DNA from: an uncultured Acidobacteriota bacterium
GTDB taxonomy: Bacteria; Acidobacteriota; Terriglobia; Terriglobales; Acidobacteriaceae
Direction of reading: 5' to 3'
NCBI GenBank assembly: GCA_963800405.1
Contig: CAWDBW010000071.1
Location: forward strand, 557-64,556
Length of the DNA: 64,000 bases
The translations under genes were made by a program, and so were the position numbers. The notes below the pieces were generated by a model. The model did no database searches. It was not told the origin of the DNA and worked only from the letters and a program-made list of their open reading frames with translations. Numbering within the stretch: position 1 is the first letter of the stretch; every line of letters begins with the position of its first letter. Positions 1 through 9,843 of this stretch are shown here, piece after piece.

Positions 1-84
1 GCGGATGTTGTCGCGAAAAAGAATTTCGTCTTCGGTGAGCGTGGTTAGAGGAGCGGGCGGGGCGGCTTGCAAGGTCTCAGGCAT
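1..84 (-). CDS. 5' end (28 codons) of a gene continuing beyond the window. The N-terminus MPETLQAAPPAPLTTLTEDEILFRDNIR resembles acyl-CoA dehydrogenase N-termini (tentative)
   Basis: ATG at 84-82 with AAGGTG about 6 nt upstream. The frame is open to position 1. Confidence 0.35.
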   Translation of the reverse strand, partial: MPETLQAAPPAPLTTLTEDEILFRDNIR

Positions 85-242
85 GGAAACACCTTGAAAT
101 ACTGAGATGCCGAACCCGCAATTTTAGCACCGTGGAAGTCACAGGTTATCCGATGCGCGGCTCGTTTTGTCGAGATCCTTCCCTTCGCCTAGAAAGCGGC
201 TCCGGTCAGGATGACGTCGACCCATAAGAGGAAGCTTAGAGC

Positions 243-1131
243 TTAGCGCGGGCGGGAATGAACCAACTTCAGCCCATCCGCCTGCAGGATGCGCTTGATC
301 TGGCTGCGGGCGTGGACTGACCACGGTCCGGAAGTATCGAGCTTGACGTAGGACTGCCAGTGCTTGAGCGCCCGGCGAGGCTCGCGGACTTTCTCGTAGG
401 CCAGCGCCAGATTGTAGTGCGCGTCGGCGTAGGTGGGAGCCAACTGCAGCGCCGTCTTGTAAGTCTGGATCGCTTCCTGCACGCGTCCCGTCTCGTCGAG
501 TACGTTGCCAAGATCGAAATACGCGAGTGAGTAGCGCGGGTCGGCTTCAATCGCCTGCCGGTAATGTCGTTCGGCTAGCGTGAAATCCTGGCGGTTGTAG
601 TAGAGCGTGCCCAGATTGATGTGCGCCGCCGCGTGCATGGGTTGGATTTCGAGTACCTGATGGTACGCCGCGATGGCGTCGGGCTGCGTGTTGGGGTCTT
701 CTTCCAGCGCAATGCCCCGCGCGAACCACGACGTAACTTCGTTTTCGCGCGGACTGGGATCCGGCTTCGGCACTGGCGTGCTGGTCAGGACTTTTTCCCG
801 CGATGAGAAGTCCATCAGAAATTGACCGGCGATGGGCTCCAGCAGTTTGCCTTCGTGGCGAAACGCCACGCGGTGCTTGGCCGTCGACAGCGCACTGGCT
901 TCGAGCAGCGGATTCTCCACGCCTGACGACTGTTTGCGCATCGGCGTCGAGCGACTGGCGAATCACCGCAGGCCGTACGCTCATGGCGCACAGGTCGCGA
1001 ACTTTCTTGATTTCGAGGAGGTCCGAAAAAGAATAGGCTTCGGCAGACGTTACCAGGCCGTTGCGCTCCCAGTTGGCTAACTGGCGCGGCGTTACGTGCA
1101 GAATACGCAGTAAATCAGCTCGGCTGTACAC
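243..1131 (-). pseudogene. MerR-type HTH + TPR-repeat regulator with its frame broken by one extra nucleotide (true frameshift or assembly indel)
   Basis: 1131->943 encodes MYSRADLLRILHVTPRQLANWERNGLVTSAEAYSFSDLLEIKKVRDL...IRQSLDA (MerR HTH). 941->243 in the next frame continues MRKQSSGVENPLLEA... and ends in TPR units (AAHINLGTLYY, SLAYFDLGNVL, ADAHYNLALAY). The junction is GAC GCC g ATG CGC, with the extra base at 942. Confidence 0.7.
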
Positions 1132-1391
1132 AGGATTACAAACGCCTTACTACGAACGTTCGCGAACATTATCTTCAACTTGCGGCAGCAAACGCAACAG
1201 CAAACCGTGCAAAAGTCTGTGGAGAACCTGGTTAATTTACATGCAGCGAAAATGGTGCAAACGGCGCCCCAGGGGCTAAAGCCGCATCAGTTCTGCCTGC
1301 TTCACGCGGCGCTAAAGCGCCGCTCTTCCACAGGGACGTGGCGTTCACAGGACTGCAGCGTTTAAGGTCTGTCACCGATTGCCAAACCGAG

Positions 1392-3026
1392 CTACACCGT
1401 CGCGACGGCGGCCTGGTAGTCCTCGTAGGTGCCCTTGAAGTCGGTAATCTTGTGGTCGCTCTCGAAGTGCCAGATGCGGGTGGCAACTTCGTCGATCAAA
1501 TCATGATCGTGGGTGACCAGAAAAACCGTCCCGTGATAGCGCTGCAAAGCAATGTTCAGGGCGTTGATCGATTCCAGGTCGAGGTGGTTCGTGGGTTCGT
1601 CGAGCACGAGCACGTTTGGCTTCTGCAGCATGAGTTTGCAGAAGAGCAGGCGAGCGGCCTCGCCGCCGGAAAGAACGCTGGTCGACTTGGTCGCCTCTTC
1701 GCGCTGGAATAGCATCTGCCCAAGGATTCCGCGCAGCTCCTCCGTAACGGCCGCTTCGTCCCACTGATGCAGCCATTCGATTGCGGTCGTGCCGCCGGCG
1801 ATCAGGCTGCGGTGATCTTGCGCGAAGTAGCCGATCGAGGCTTCGTGTCCCCAGACCACTTTGCCGGAGTCGACGAACGGGCCGTCGTAACCGCTGGTCT
1901 TGCGCAATTCGGCTTCGGGCGTGGTCGGAGAATTCGCCAGCAGAGCGTTCAGCAGCGTGGTCTTGCCCGCACCGTTGCGTCCCATCAGCGCGATTCTTTC
2001 GCCGCGAATGATGCTCGCAGTGAAATCACGAATCACCTGCTTGTCGCCGTAGGCCTTGCTCAGATGTTCGATTTCGAGAATATGTTTACCCGACGGCCGC
2101 TTCTGTTCGAACTTGATGAAGGGGCGGGCGATGTTGGATCGGGCCAGTTCCGTGACTTGCAGGCGCTCGACCTCCTTGCGGCGCGACTGCACCTGGCTTG
2201 ACCGCGTGCCGGCGGCGAAGCGCGCAATGAATTCGTTCAACTGCGAAATCTTTTTCTCGCGCTGTGCATTCTGCGACTCGATCTGCGAGCGCACCTGCGT
2301 CTTCGCCACCACCATGTCGTCATAGCTGCCTGTGTAGGTAATGATAGTTTCGTAATCAATGTCGGCGATGTGGGTGCAAATACTATTCAGGAAATGGCGA
2401 TCGTGCGAGATGGCGATGACGACGCCGTCGTAAACATTCAGAAATCCCTGCAGCCAGTGGATTGAATCCAGGTCGAGGTGGTTCGTAGGTTCGTCGAGCA
2501 GCAGGGCTTGCGGATGCCCGAACAGAGCCTGGGCCAGCAGGACTCGGACCTTCTGTCCGCCCTGCAACTCGCTCATCTTGCGGGTGTGCAGCTCGTCGGC
2601 AATATCGAGGCCCTGGAGCAGGATCGCGGCATCGCTCTCGGCGGTGTAGCCGTCTTCTTCGCCCACAATGCCTTCGAGTTCGCCGAGCTTCATGCCGTCG
2701 GCGTCGGTAATCTCAGGCTTCTCGTAAATGGCGTCGCGTTCCTGCATGGCCGCCCACAGGCGCTTGTTGCCCATGATGACTGTGTCGATCGCGGAATAGG
2801 CATCGAAGGCAAACTGGTCCTGGCTCAGCACGCCGAGCTTGCGGGGGCGAACGACTGTCCCTTTTTGCGGCTCGAGTTCGCCGCTCAGCAGCTTCATGAA
2901 AGTGGATTTGCCCGCGCCGTTGGGCCCGGTCAGGCCATAGCGCTTGCCCGGCGTGAATGCCGTGGAGACTTCATCGAACAGTATTTTGGCGCCGTAGCGC
3001 ATGGACACATTGCTGACTGAAAGCAT
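1392..3026 (-). CDS. ybiT: ABC-F family ATPase (YbiT-like, two ABC cassettes, no TM domain)
   Basis: 544-aa ORF with two Walker A sites (GPNGAGKST, GRNGAGKTT), two LSGG signatures, and an N-terminus collinear with E. coli YbiT as I remember it. Confidence 0.85.
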   Translation of the reverse strand: MLSVSNVSMRYGAKILFDEVSTAFTPGKRYGLTGPNGAGKSTFMKLLSGELEPQKGTVVRPRKLGVLSQDQFAFDAYSAIDTVIMGNKRLWAAMQERDAIYEKPEITDADGMKLGELEGIVGEEDGYTAESDAAILLQGLDIADELHTRKMSELQGGQKVRVLLAQALFGHPQALLLDEPTNHLDLDSIHWLQGFLNVYDGVVIAISHDRHFLNSICTHIADIDYETIITYTGSYDDMVVAKTQVRSQIESQNAQREKKISQLNEFIARFAAGTRSSQVQSRRKEVERLQVTELARSNIARPFIKFEQKRPSGKHILEIEHLSKAYGDKQVIRDFTASIIRGERIALMGRNGAGKTTLLNALLANSPTTPEAELRKTSGYDGPFVDSGKVVWGHEASIGYFAQDHRSLIAGGTTAIEWLHQWDEAAVTEELRGILGQMLFQREEATKSTSVLSGGEAARLLFCKLMLQKPNVLVLDEPTNHLDLESINALNIALQRYHGTVFLVTHDHDLIDEVATRIWHFESDHKITDFKGTYEDYQAAVATV

Positions 3027-3373
3027 GGTTTCTTTGTGACTTCTTCAGGACCTGCGAGGAATTCCGCCAAGACGGTGCGCAGCTGGAGTTAATAGAATAC
3101 CATGCCACCCGTTCCGGGCTGCATTCAAGGCTGGGTAGTGGGTTGCTTTTGAAATCGCAGAATTACGGGGCGGTTTTAGGATTAAAATCCAGGCTGTGGA
3201 AACAACTGCACCCCTCCACAGGACACCGAACCTCGCCTCCCTTGGAAAGATCCTTCACGTCATAGGCAACCACCATGTGGGTATTAAACGGGTGTCCGCA
3301 CTGCCTACAATTGCCGTCGGCATCGTCTAAGCTCGGTTTTCTTGTCCGCTCATGCAGATTGTCAAATGTTACA

Positions 3374-5428
3374 TCAGTTGTGCGCGGGCGCTGCGCTGGC
3401 CTCCACTAGTTGCTGCACCGGCGCTACGACCATGAGCAGCATGTCCGCCTGGCGCGTCTTGGTCTGTGCGATCACAGCGAGTTGCTGCGTCTTCCACGCA
3501 TCCGGCGCAGGCTGGCCTTTATCGATAAAATCGAGCGCCTGCAGGCCGGCCGCTGCCAGCGCCGCGAGATTCTGCGACAAGGTCACATCTTCCTGCAGAA
3601 GATACGATTGCGTGAGCAGGGGATGCAGCCGGGCGTCGTTTTCCCGCCAGGTTGCGAGCCACATGCGAATCTGCGCTTCGTAGGCCTTATCTTTATACCC
3701 GCCTTGTGCGAAGGTCTGCACCAGATCGCCAAATTGCCGAGCCACGACGCTCTCCGGATACACCGCGTCGATCATGCGAGTCAACGGCGCGTGGAAGTCG
3801 ATGGGGCCTTGCGCGTCACTCCAACGGTCATAGTCCTTGACTGGCTCGACCACATCGGCGAGGACGCGCAGCGCCGTGATGTCAGCGGCTCCGGCCATGC
3901 GATGCAACATCTGCGGCCTTGCAGAACGATGCCTCAGACCCAGAAATTCAAGGTTGAGGCTCACGGCATTCATCCGAGCGTACATCGAGGCGACATCCGT
4001 GACCGATTGCGGCGACCACAGGCGCTCGGCGATCGCGGCATTGCGCGGCCAGATGTGTGAATCGATATTTTCCGGTGTGACCCACTCCGCCCACTGGCAG
4101 GATTCGCCGCCGAGGATGCGGCTCTTCTCTTCGGGAGTTAGCGTCGCCGCCGCGTCCGCCATGGGATCGACCGCATAATGCCGCGCTGCCGGCCACATCA
4201 GGTCGAGGTAGTATCCGAACGAAAGGAGGCCACTGTAGCCCTGTTTCGCCGCCGCGGCCAGCGACTCCTGCCCGCGCCACGACTGCACGATGATTGTCTT
4301 CGGCAAATCAGGATGCAGAATTTCATCCCAGCCCACCATGGTCTTGTGGTTCCTGGCGACGATCTTCTGCAGGCGCTGGTTGAAATAGGCTTGCAGGTCC
4401 TGATTGTTCTTCATGCCGTGAGCGTGAATGAACGCCTGAATTTTCGGATTGGCGTCCCACTGCTTGCCGTCAACCTCATCGCCGCCAATGTGAAAGTAGG
4501 GGTCGGGAAAGAGCTTGGCCATTTCAGCGACGAACTTTTCCAGGAACTTGTAGGTCGATTCCTGCGTGGGATCCATGATGGGGTAGATGTACGCGGGGCC
4601 GCCGCCCTCCAGGGTGTACGGGCCGGAACCGCTGGAAAGTTCGGGATATCCCAGAAACCACGAACGGCTGTGGCCGGGGATGTCGAACTCCGGCATCACT
4701 CGGATGCCGCGCTCATGCGCGTAGGCGATGAAGTCGCGAATCTCGTCCTGCGTATAAAACATTCCGTCCGATCCCATTCCGGCGAGTTTGGGAAATACTT
4801 TGCTCTCGACGCGGAATCCCTGGTCGTCGGAGAGATGCCAGTGCAGGACATTCATCTTCACCGCGGCCATTCCATCGATATTCCGCTTGAGCACGTCGAT
4901 GGGAATGAAATGACGGCTGACGTCGATGAGCATGCCGCGCCAGGGAAAGCGCGGCTGATCTTTGATGGCGACGGCGGGCGCGGCGAAGCCGTTGGGAGTG
5001 ATCTGCACCAGCTGAAGAAAAGTCTGCAGCCCGCGCAGAGCGCCGAGCGTGGTGGGCGCGGAGAGCCTCGCGCCGGAATCGACAACCGTCAATTCGTAAG
5101 ATTCATCCTCGCCGAGCTGCTGCACCGCCTGCAGGCCATGGTCGGCATGAATCTGGAGCGTCGGGGCTGCGCCCGGCTTGGGGCGAAATGGAATGCCGGT
5201 CTGCCGCGCGAGCTGAGTTTGGAATCTCTGGACCGCGCTGTCGAGGGAGGCGTCGTGACTTCCTGTGACCGCGACCGAGAAGGATGGCGTGATCGGCAAT
5301 TGCCCCGATCCCGGCTGAACACTGGCGGGCATGGGCATCAGATTGAGTTGAGATTGAGATTGGGCCCCGGCAGAAAAAGGAAGGAAAGAAATCAGGGCTA
5401 GAATGCCCCATCCTTGCAGAATTCTCAT
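3374..5428 (-). CDS. Secreted beta-N-acetylhexosaminidase, GH20
   Basis: Motifs HWHLSDDQGFRVES and FHIGGDEV. Signal peptide MRILQGWGILALISFLPFSAGAQS. Start set at ATG 5428 (GGAGGTG 5 nt upstream) rather than 5470, which would overlap the toxin gene. Confidence 0.88.
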   Translation of the reverse strand: MRILQGWGILALISFLPFSAGAQSQSQLNLMPMPASVQPGSGQLPITPSFSVAVTGSHDASLDSAVQRFQTQLARQTGIPFRPKPGAAPTLQIHADHGLQAVQQLGEDESYELTVVDSGARLSAPTTLGALRGLQTFLQLVQITPNGFAAPAVAIKDQPRFPWRGMLIDVSRHFIPIDVLKRNIDGMAAVKMNVLHWHLSDDQGFRVESKVFPKLAGMGSDGMFYTQDEIRDFIAYAHERGIRVMPEFDIPGHSRSWFLGYPELSSGSGPYTLEGGGPAYIYPIMDPTQESTYKFLEKFVAEMAKLFPDPYFHIGGDEVDGKQWDANPKIQAFIHAHGMKNNQDLQAYFNQRLQKIVARNHKTMVGWDEILHPDLPKTIIVQSWRGQESLAAAAKQGYSGLLSFGYYLDLMWPAARHYAVDPMADAAATLTPEEKSRILGGESCQWAEWVTPENIDSHIWPRNAAIAERLWSPQSVTDVASMYARMNAVSLNLEFLGLRHRSARPQMLHRMAGAADITALRVLADVVEPVKDYDRWSDAQGPIDFHAPLTRMIDAVYPESVVARQFGDLVQTFAQGGYKDKAYEAQIRMWLATWRENDARLHPLLTQSYLLQEDVTLSQNLAALAAAGLQALDFIDKGQPAPDAWKTQQLAVIAQTKTRQADMLLMVVAPVQQLVEASAAPAHN

Positions 5429-5450
5429 GAGTTCACCTCCGAATAATGTT

Positions 5451-5726
5451 TCACGGCCAGTCTTGCGCACTGTGGTAGATGCGCATTACTTCTACAGTCT
5501 GATCTTGAATCCTGTAAACCACGATGTAAGGAAGGCCGGCGAAAACCAGTTCGCGAGTACCGCCGATGCGCCCCTTGCGACCGAGATGCGGAAACCTTCG
5601 CAGGCTCTCGCAGCCATCGTACAGTGCTTCGGCCACTTCGGCGGCTGCATCCGGGTTCTCGCGTTGAATGTGACGTACGATGTTATAGAGATCGTCAGCG
5701 GCGGGAGTAGTCCAACGCACGCGCAT
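5451..5726 (-). CDS. Type II toxin, RelE/ParE superfamily
   Basis: 91 aa, MRVRWTTPAADDLYNIVRHIQ...GTRELVFAGLPYIVVYRIQDQTVEVMRIYHSAQ. Its ATG overlaps the antitoxin stop (ATGA at 5724-5728). Confidence 0.75.
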   Translation of the reverse strand: MRVRWTTPAADDLYNIVRHIQRENPDAAAEVAEALYDGCESLRRFPHLGRKGRIGGTRELVFAGLPYIVVYRIQDQTVEVMRIYHSAQDWP

Positions 5727-5950
5727 CAAGGCCGCAGGATTTGCTTCAGCTTTTTGCCTACTTCTTCGTGCTCTACGAAGTCCCCGCGCTCGGCGGCCGC
5801 CAGCCCAATGTTAACGGCCTGAATAAAACGGGAGTCGTCTTCCAGATAATGACTCAACACCTGCTGAGCCAGTTCGTCGGTCTTGAGGCCGCGCTGAGCT
5901 GCAATTTCGGCTAACTGCGCCTCTTTTTCGGGTTGAAGGCGGACTTCCAT
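5726..5950 (-). CDS. Cognate antitoxin (ParD/RHH-like addiction-module antidote)
   Basis: 74 aa, directly upstream of and overlapping the toxin. The typical C-terminal pattern ...AERGDFVEHEEVGKKLKQIL is present. Confidence 0.65.
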   Translation of the reverse strand: MEVRLQPEKEAQLAEIAAQRGLKTDELAQQVLSHYLEDDSRFIQAVNIGLAAAERGDFVEHEEVGKKLKQILRP

Positions 5951-6080
5951 AGAATCAGTCTAGGAAGGTTGATCGGGGCTGTCAAATGCTCTCGTGGTCA
6001 GCTCCCATTTCTCCCGAGAGAAACCTAACTTCGTAGTGAGTTGGGGATCGCACAAACAACTAACATGCCCTTCCGAAGCG

Positions 6081-7472
6081 CTAGTGGCCGCCGCCCAACT
6101 CGCGCACAATCCCGCCGACAAACTGTTTCGCATCGCCAAACAGCATCAGCGTGTTGTCGAGGTAATACAGCGGGTTGTCGATGCCGGCGAAGCCGGGATT
6201 CATACTGCGTTTGATGACCATGACGGTATGCGCCTTGTCCACATCGAGGATCGGCATGCCGAAGATTGGGCTCGATTGATCGGTGCGGGCGGCGGGGTTG
6301 GTCACGTCGTTGGCGCCGATGATCAGGGCAACGTCGGTCTGCGGGAAGTCGCCATTGATCTCATCCATTTCAATGAGACGGTCGTAGGGGATGTCGGCTT
6401 CGGCGAGCAGCACATTCATGTGCCCCGGCATGCGCCCCGCGACCGGATGGATAGCGAAGCGAACCTCGACTCCCTTCTTGGTGAGCAGGTCGTAAAGTTC
6501 GCGGACTTTATGTTGAGCCTGCGCTACCGCCATCCCGTAGCCGGGGACGATGACAACTTTATTCGCTGCCGACAGAATCGCAGCGGCTTCTTCGGGTGTG
6601 GCGCTGCGCACCGGCTTCACTTCCTGTCCGGCGGCGGCCGATGTCTGCACCTGGCCGAAGGCGCCGAACAGCACGTTGGTAAACGAACGGTTCATGGCCT
6701 TCGACATGATGATGGAGAGGATGAGGCCGGAAGATCCATCGAGCGCGCCGGCGATGATCAGCAGCTTCGAGTCGAGGACGAATCCCATGGCCGCGGCGGA
6801 AAGTCCGGCATAGGAGTTCAACAGCGAGATCACGGTCGGCATGTCGGCGCCGCCGATGGGAATCACCAGCAGCACTCCGAAGATCAGCGACACGCCCACA
6901 ATAATCGGGAAGAAGATTTTCGCTTCGGGATGCAGCACGAGATATACCGCGCTTCCAAGGGCCACCAGGAACAAAACTAAATTGACAAAGTTCTGTCCCC
7001 TATAAGTAATGGGCCGTTGCGGCAGAATTTCCTGCAGCTTTCCCGCCGCCATCAAACTGCCGGTGAATGTCAGGCCGCCGAGGATGACTTCCATCGACAA
7101 CACCGACATCATGAACTTCGGCACGTTGGGCGAGCGCAGATAGAATTCGGCGGTGCCGACCAGCGTTACGCAGAGTGCGCCGAAGGCGTGGCTGAGCGCG
7201 GTTCGCTGCGGCACGGCCGTCATCTGCACCATGCCCAGCGGGATGCCGATGCCCGAACCCAGCACCAGCGCGATGATGATCCACTTGTAGTCGATGATGC
7301 CGTGGCGCAGCAGCGTGCCGCCGATGGCCAGCACCATGCCGATTTCGCCCGCCAGAATGCCGTGGCGCGCAGTCGCGGGAGAACTCATCCACTTCAGCGA
7401 GAGAATGAATAGAGCGCTGGCGATGAGGTAGATGATTTCGATGAGGTACTGGCTTCCGGCAAATTCGGTCAT
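6081..7472 (-). CDS. pntB: NAD(P) transhydrogenase subunit beta
   Basis: 463 aa with a multi-TM N-terminal half and a C-terminal NADP(H) domain (VIVPGYGMAVAQAQH, IGANDVTNPAA). Confidence 0.95.
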   Translation of the reverse strand: MTEFAGSQYLIEIIYLIASALFILSLKWMSSPATARHGILAGEIGMVLAIGGTLLRHGIIDYKWIIIALVLGSGIGIPLGMVQMTAVPQRTALSHAFGALCVTLVGTAEFYLRSPNVPKFMMSVLSMEVILGGLTFTGSLMAAGKLQEILPQRPITYRGQNFVNLVLFLVALGSAVYLVLHPEAKIFFPIIVGVSLIFGVLLVIPIGGADMPTVISLLNSYAGLSAAAMGFVLDSKLLIIAGALDGSSGLILSIIMSKAMNRSFTNVLFGAFGQVQTSAAAGQEVKPVRSATPEEAAAILSAANKVVIVPGYGMAVAQAQHKVRELYDLLTKKGVEVRFAIHPVAGRMPGHMNVLLAEADIPYDRLIEMDEINGDFPQTDVALIIGANDVTNPAARTDQSSPIFGMPILDVDKAHTVMVIKRSMNPGFAGIDNPLYYLDNTLMLFGDAKQFVGGIVRELGGGH

Positions 7473-7484
7473 GATTGCGCTCAG

Positions 7485-7781
7485 TTACTTATTCGTCGGA
7501 CGGCTGGTCTTGAACATACGGAGCATGCGGTCGGTGATGATGAAACCGCCCACCACGTTGCTGGTGGCGGCGACGATGGCGATGACGCCCAACACCGTCG
7601 CGAACGTGCTCTTCTTCTCGCCCACCAGCACAATCGCGCCAACCACCGCGATGGCGTCGAGAGCATTGGTTAGCGACATGAGCGGCGTGTGCAGCAGCGG
7701 CGAGACGTGGCGGATAACTTCAAATCCAATGAAGGCCGCCAGCATGAATACGAAAAGCGCGTCAATCAGGTTGGAACCCAT
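7485..7781 (-). CDS. pntAB: NAD(P) transhydrogenase subunit alpha, part 2 (membrane part)
   Basis: 98-aa hydrophobic ORF 12 nt upstream of pntB. Split-alpha organisation. Confidence 0.9.
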   Translation of the reverse strand: MGSNLIDALFVFMLAAFIGFEVIRHVSPLLHTPLMSLTNALDAIAVVGAIVLVGEKKSTFATVLGVIAIVAATSNVVGGFIITDRMLRMFKTSRPTNK

Positions 7782-7803
7782 GTGCTCCCCCGTCCTCGTT
7801 ACA

Positions 7804-8040
7804 TTGTCATCCTGCGCTTGTCATCCTGAGCGCAGTGGCTGGTCCGCGAAGCTGAGCTGCCACGGAGTCGAAGGACCCCTTGCACTCCTGCGGCGCCCCA
7901 ATCACAGCAAGGCGTTCTCACCGCGACCAAGAGCACCTTGAGAACTCCCTGCTACTGGCGCGAATCCTTGACGTGCCGCAGGGGTCCTTCGACTGCGCAA
8001 GAGTTCGCTTTGCGAACTCTTGCTCCGCTCAGGATGACAG
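7804..8040. repeat. Nested palindromic repeat element (arms TTGTCATCCTGAGCG...GAAGGACCCCT / AGGGGTCCTTC...CGCTCAGGATGACA) inserted between pntAA and pntAB
   Basis: Left arm 7818-7880 with a partial duplication at 7804-7817. Right arm 7980-8040. The right arm contains a perfect 12-bp stem GCAAGAGTTCGC-ttt-GCGAACTCTTGC (7997-8023). Confidence 0.8.
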
Positions 8041-8119
8041 TTCTAGAAAAGAGCCGAGTGCGGCGCGGCTTGAAGCCGTGCCCTTTCAAAACAAATCCGT
8101 CCAGGCATCCTGAGCACAA

Positions 8120-9295
8120 CTATCCACCAGCCGGCGTCAGAGCCGGCATCTTAAAGAAATCGCGAACGCGAGCGTTGACCACTTCCCCGCCGTGGGTGAT
8201 CATGGTCTCGCGAATGATTTCATCCTGCAGGTTCAATTGCAGCTTGCCGTCCTTCACCATGTAGAGCAGAAACGTGGTGAGGTTGCGGGCGTACATCTGG
8301 CTGGCGTGGTAAGGGACGCTGGTGGCCAGATTGATGGCGCCGATAATCGTTACGCCATGCACCTTTACAGTTTCTCCGGTGCGCGTCAGTTCGCAGTTGC
8401 CGCCGCGTTCGGCCGCCAGGTCGACGATGACCGAACCGGGCGCCATGCCTTTCACCATATCCGCGGTGATCAGCACCGGCGATTTTTTGCCGGGGATGAC
8501 GGCGGCGGTAATCACGACGTCACTCTCCGCGACCACGCGGGTCAGCAGTTCGCGCTGGCGGGCATAGAAAGTTTCGTCCTGCGCGGTGCCATAGCCGCGG
8601 GCGTCCTGGGCATTCTGCGCTTCGATCGGAAGTTCGACGAACCGTCCGCCCAGGCTCTGCACCTGCTCTTTCGCGGCGGGCCGCATGTCGTAAGCCGAGG
8701 CCACGGCGCCCAAACGGCGGGCGGTTGAGATGGCTTGCAGTCCGGCCACGCCTGCGCCAATCACGAACACACGCGCGGGCGTGATGGTTCCGGCAGCGGT
8801 AGTCATCATGGGAAAAATTCGTGGCGAAGTTTCCGCCGCCAGCAGCGTCGCTTTGTAGCCGCAAATCGTGCCCATGGAAGAAAGCGCATCCATGCTCTGG
8901 GCGCGCGTCGTGCGCGGCATGAGTTCCACAGAAAATGCGGTCACGCCGGCCCGCGCGATCTGCCCGACCACTTCCGCTGAACCCAGCGGCCGCAGGAATC
9001 CGATCAGCGCCTGCCCGGGGCGCATCAGGGGAAGATCGGCTTTGCCGGTGATGTCATTGGAGCCGTAACACAGCACCTGCACTACAATGTCGGCGGTGCT
9101 GAATACGGCGGCGCGGTCGGGCACGATCCTGGCGCCCTTCTCTACATAGGCTGGGTCCGGATAGCCGGCTTCCTCGCCCGCACCGGCTTCCACAATGACC
9201 TCAAGCCCCGCCTTGACGAGGTTGGGAATGGCAACGGGAACGAGCGCGACGCGCCGTTCTCCAGGATAGCTTTCTTTCGGAACTCCAACGATCAC
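8120..9295 (-). CDS. pntAA: NAD(P) transhydrogenase subunit alpha, part 1 (NAD(H)-binding dI)
   Basis: 391 aa, MIVGVPKESYPGERRVALVP..., Rossmann motif VFVIGAGVAGLQAI. Confidence 0.95.
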   Translation of the reverse strand: MIVGVPKESYPGERRVALVPVAIPNLVKAGLEVIVEAGAGEEAGYPDPAYVEKGARIVPDRAAVFSTADIVVQVLCYGSNDITGKADLPLMRPGQALIGFLRPLGSAEVVGQIARAGVTAFSVELMPRTTRAQSMDALSSMGTICGYKATLLAAETSPRIFPMMTTAAGTITPARVFVIGAGVAGLQAISTARRLGAVASAYDMRPAAKEQVQSLGGRFVELPIEAQNAQDARGYGTAQDETFYARQRELLTRVVAESDVVITAAVIPGKKSPVLITADMVKGMAPGSVIVDLAAERGGNCELTRTGETVKVHGVTIIGAINLATSVPYHASQMYARNLTTFLLYMVKDGKLQLNLQDEIIRETMITHGGEVVNARVRDFFKMPALTPAGG

Positions 9296-9431
9296 GCGGA
9301 GTCGTCCTTTCGCTCAGGTCATCTGCAAAAGTGAACTGAAAACAGTAACAGATTGGAGGAGGAACTGGAAGACAGACCACGGAATTGATACTGTCTAGTG
9401 AGATTCGAGCCATGAGGGGAGTGCGGGACCT

Positions 9432-9818
9432 GTGCACACAAAAATATTAATGAGCCTGAGCGCATTTTTTCTGGCGGTTCTCGGGATTGGTATTTCGTTT
9501 ATGCCGCAGGAGATTTTGGCTCACTATGGCACGCAAACGACCGGCCCGGTTGTCTTGCTGATTCAGATCGCGGGCGCGCTGTACTTGGGCTTTGCAATTT
9601 TGAACTGGACTGCGCGGAGCATCCTGATCGGAGGCATCTACGCCCGCCCGGTCGCGCTGGGCAACTTCCTCCACTTCGCAGTTGTTACCGTCGCGGGCTC
9701 GAAGGCAATTGCTCACGGCGGAATCGGAGGAACCGAAATCATGGTTGTGGGTGCGATGTACTCGGCCTTCGCGGTGTGGTTTGGACTGGTCCTGTTCACC
9801 CACCCGTCGCAGAAATGA
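9432..9818 (+). CDS. Small integral membrane protein (4 predicted TM helices), function unknown
   Basis: 128-aa hydrophobic ORF. The start is ambiguous (GTG 9432 or ATG 9450). Confidence 0.55.
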   Translation: MHTKILMSLSAFFLAVLGIGISFMPQEILAHYGTQTTGPVVLLIQIAGALYLGFAILNWTARSILIGGIYARPVALGNFLHFAVVTVAGSKAIAHGGIGGTEIMVVGAMYSAFAVWFGLVLFTHPSQK

Positions 9819-9843
9819 AATCGGCTACTGTTTCTGGCACGAG

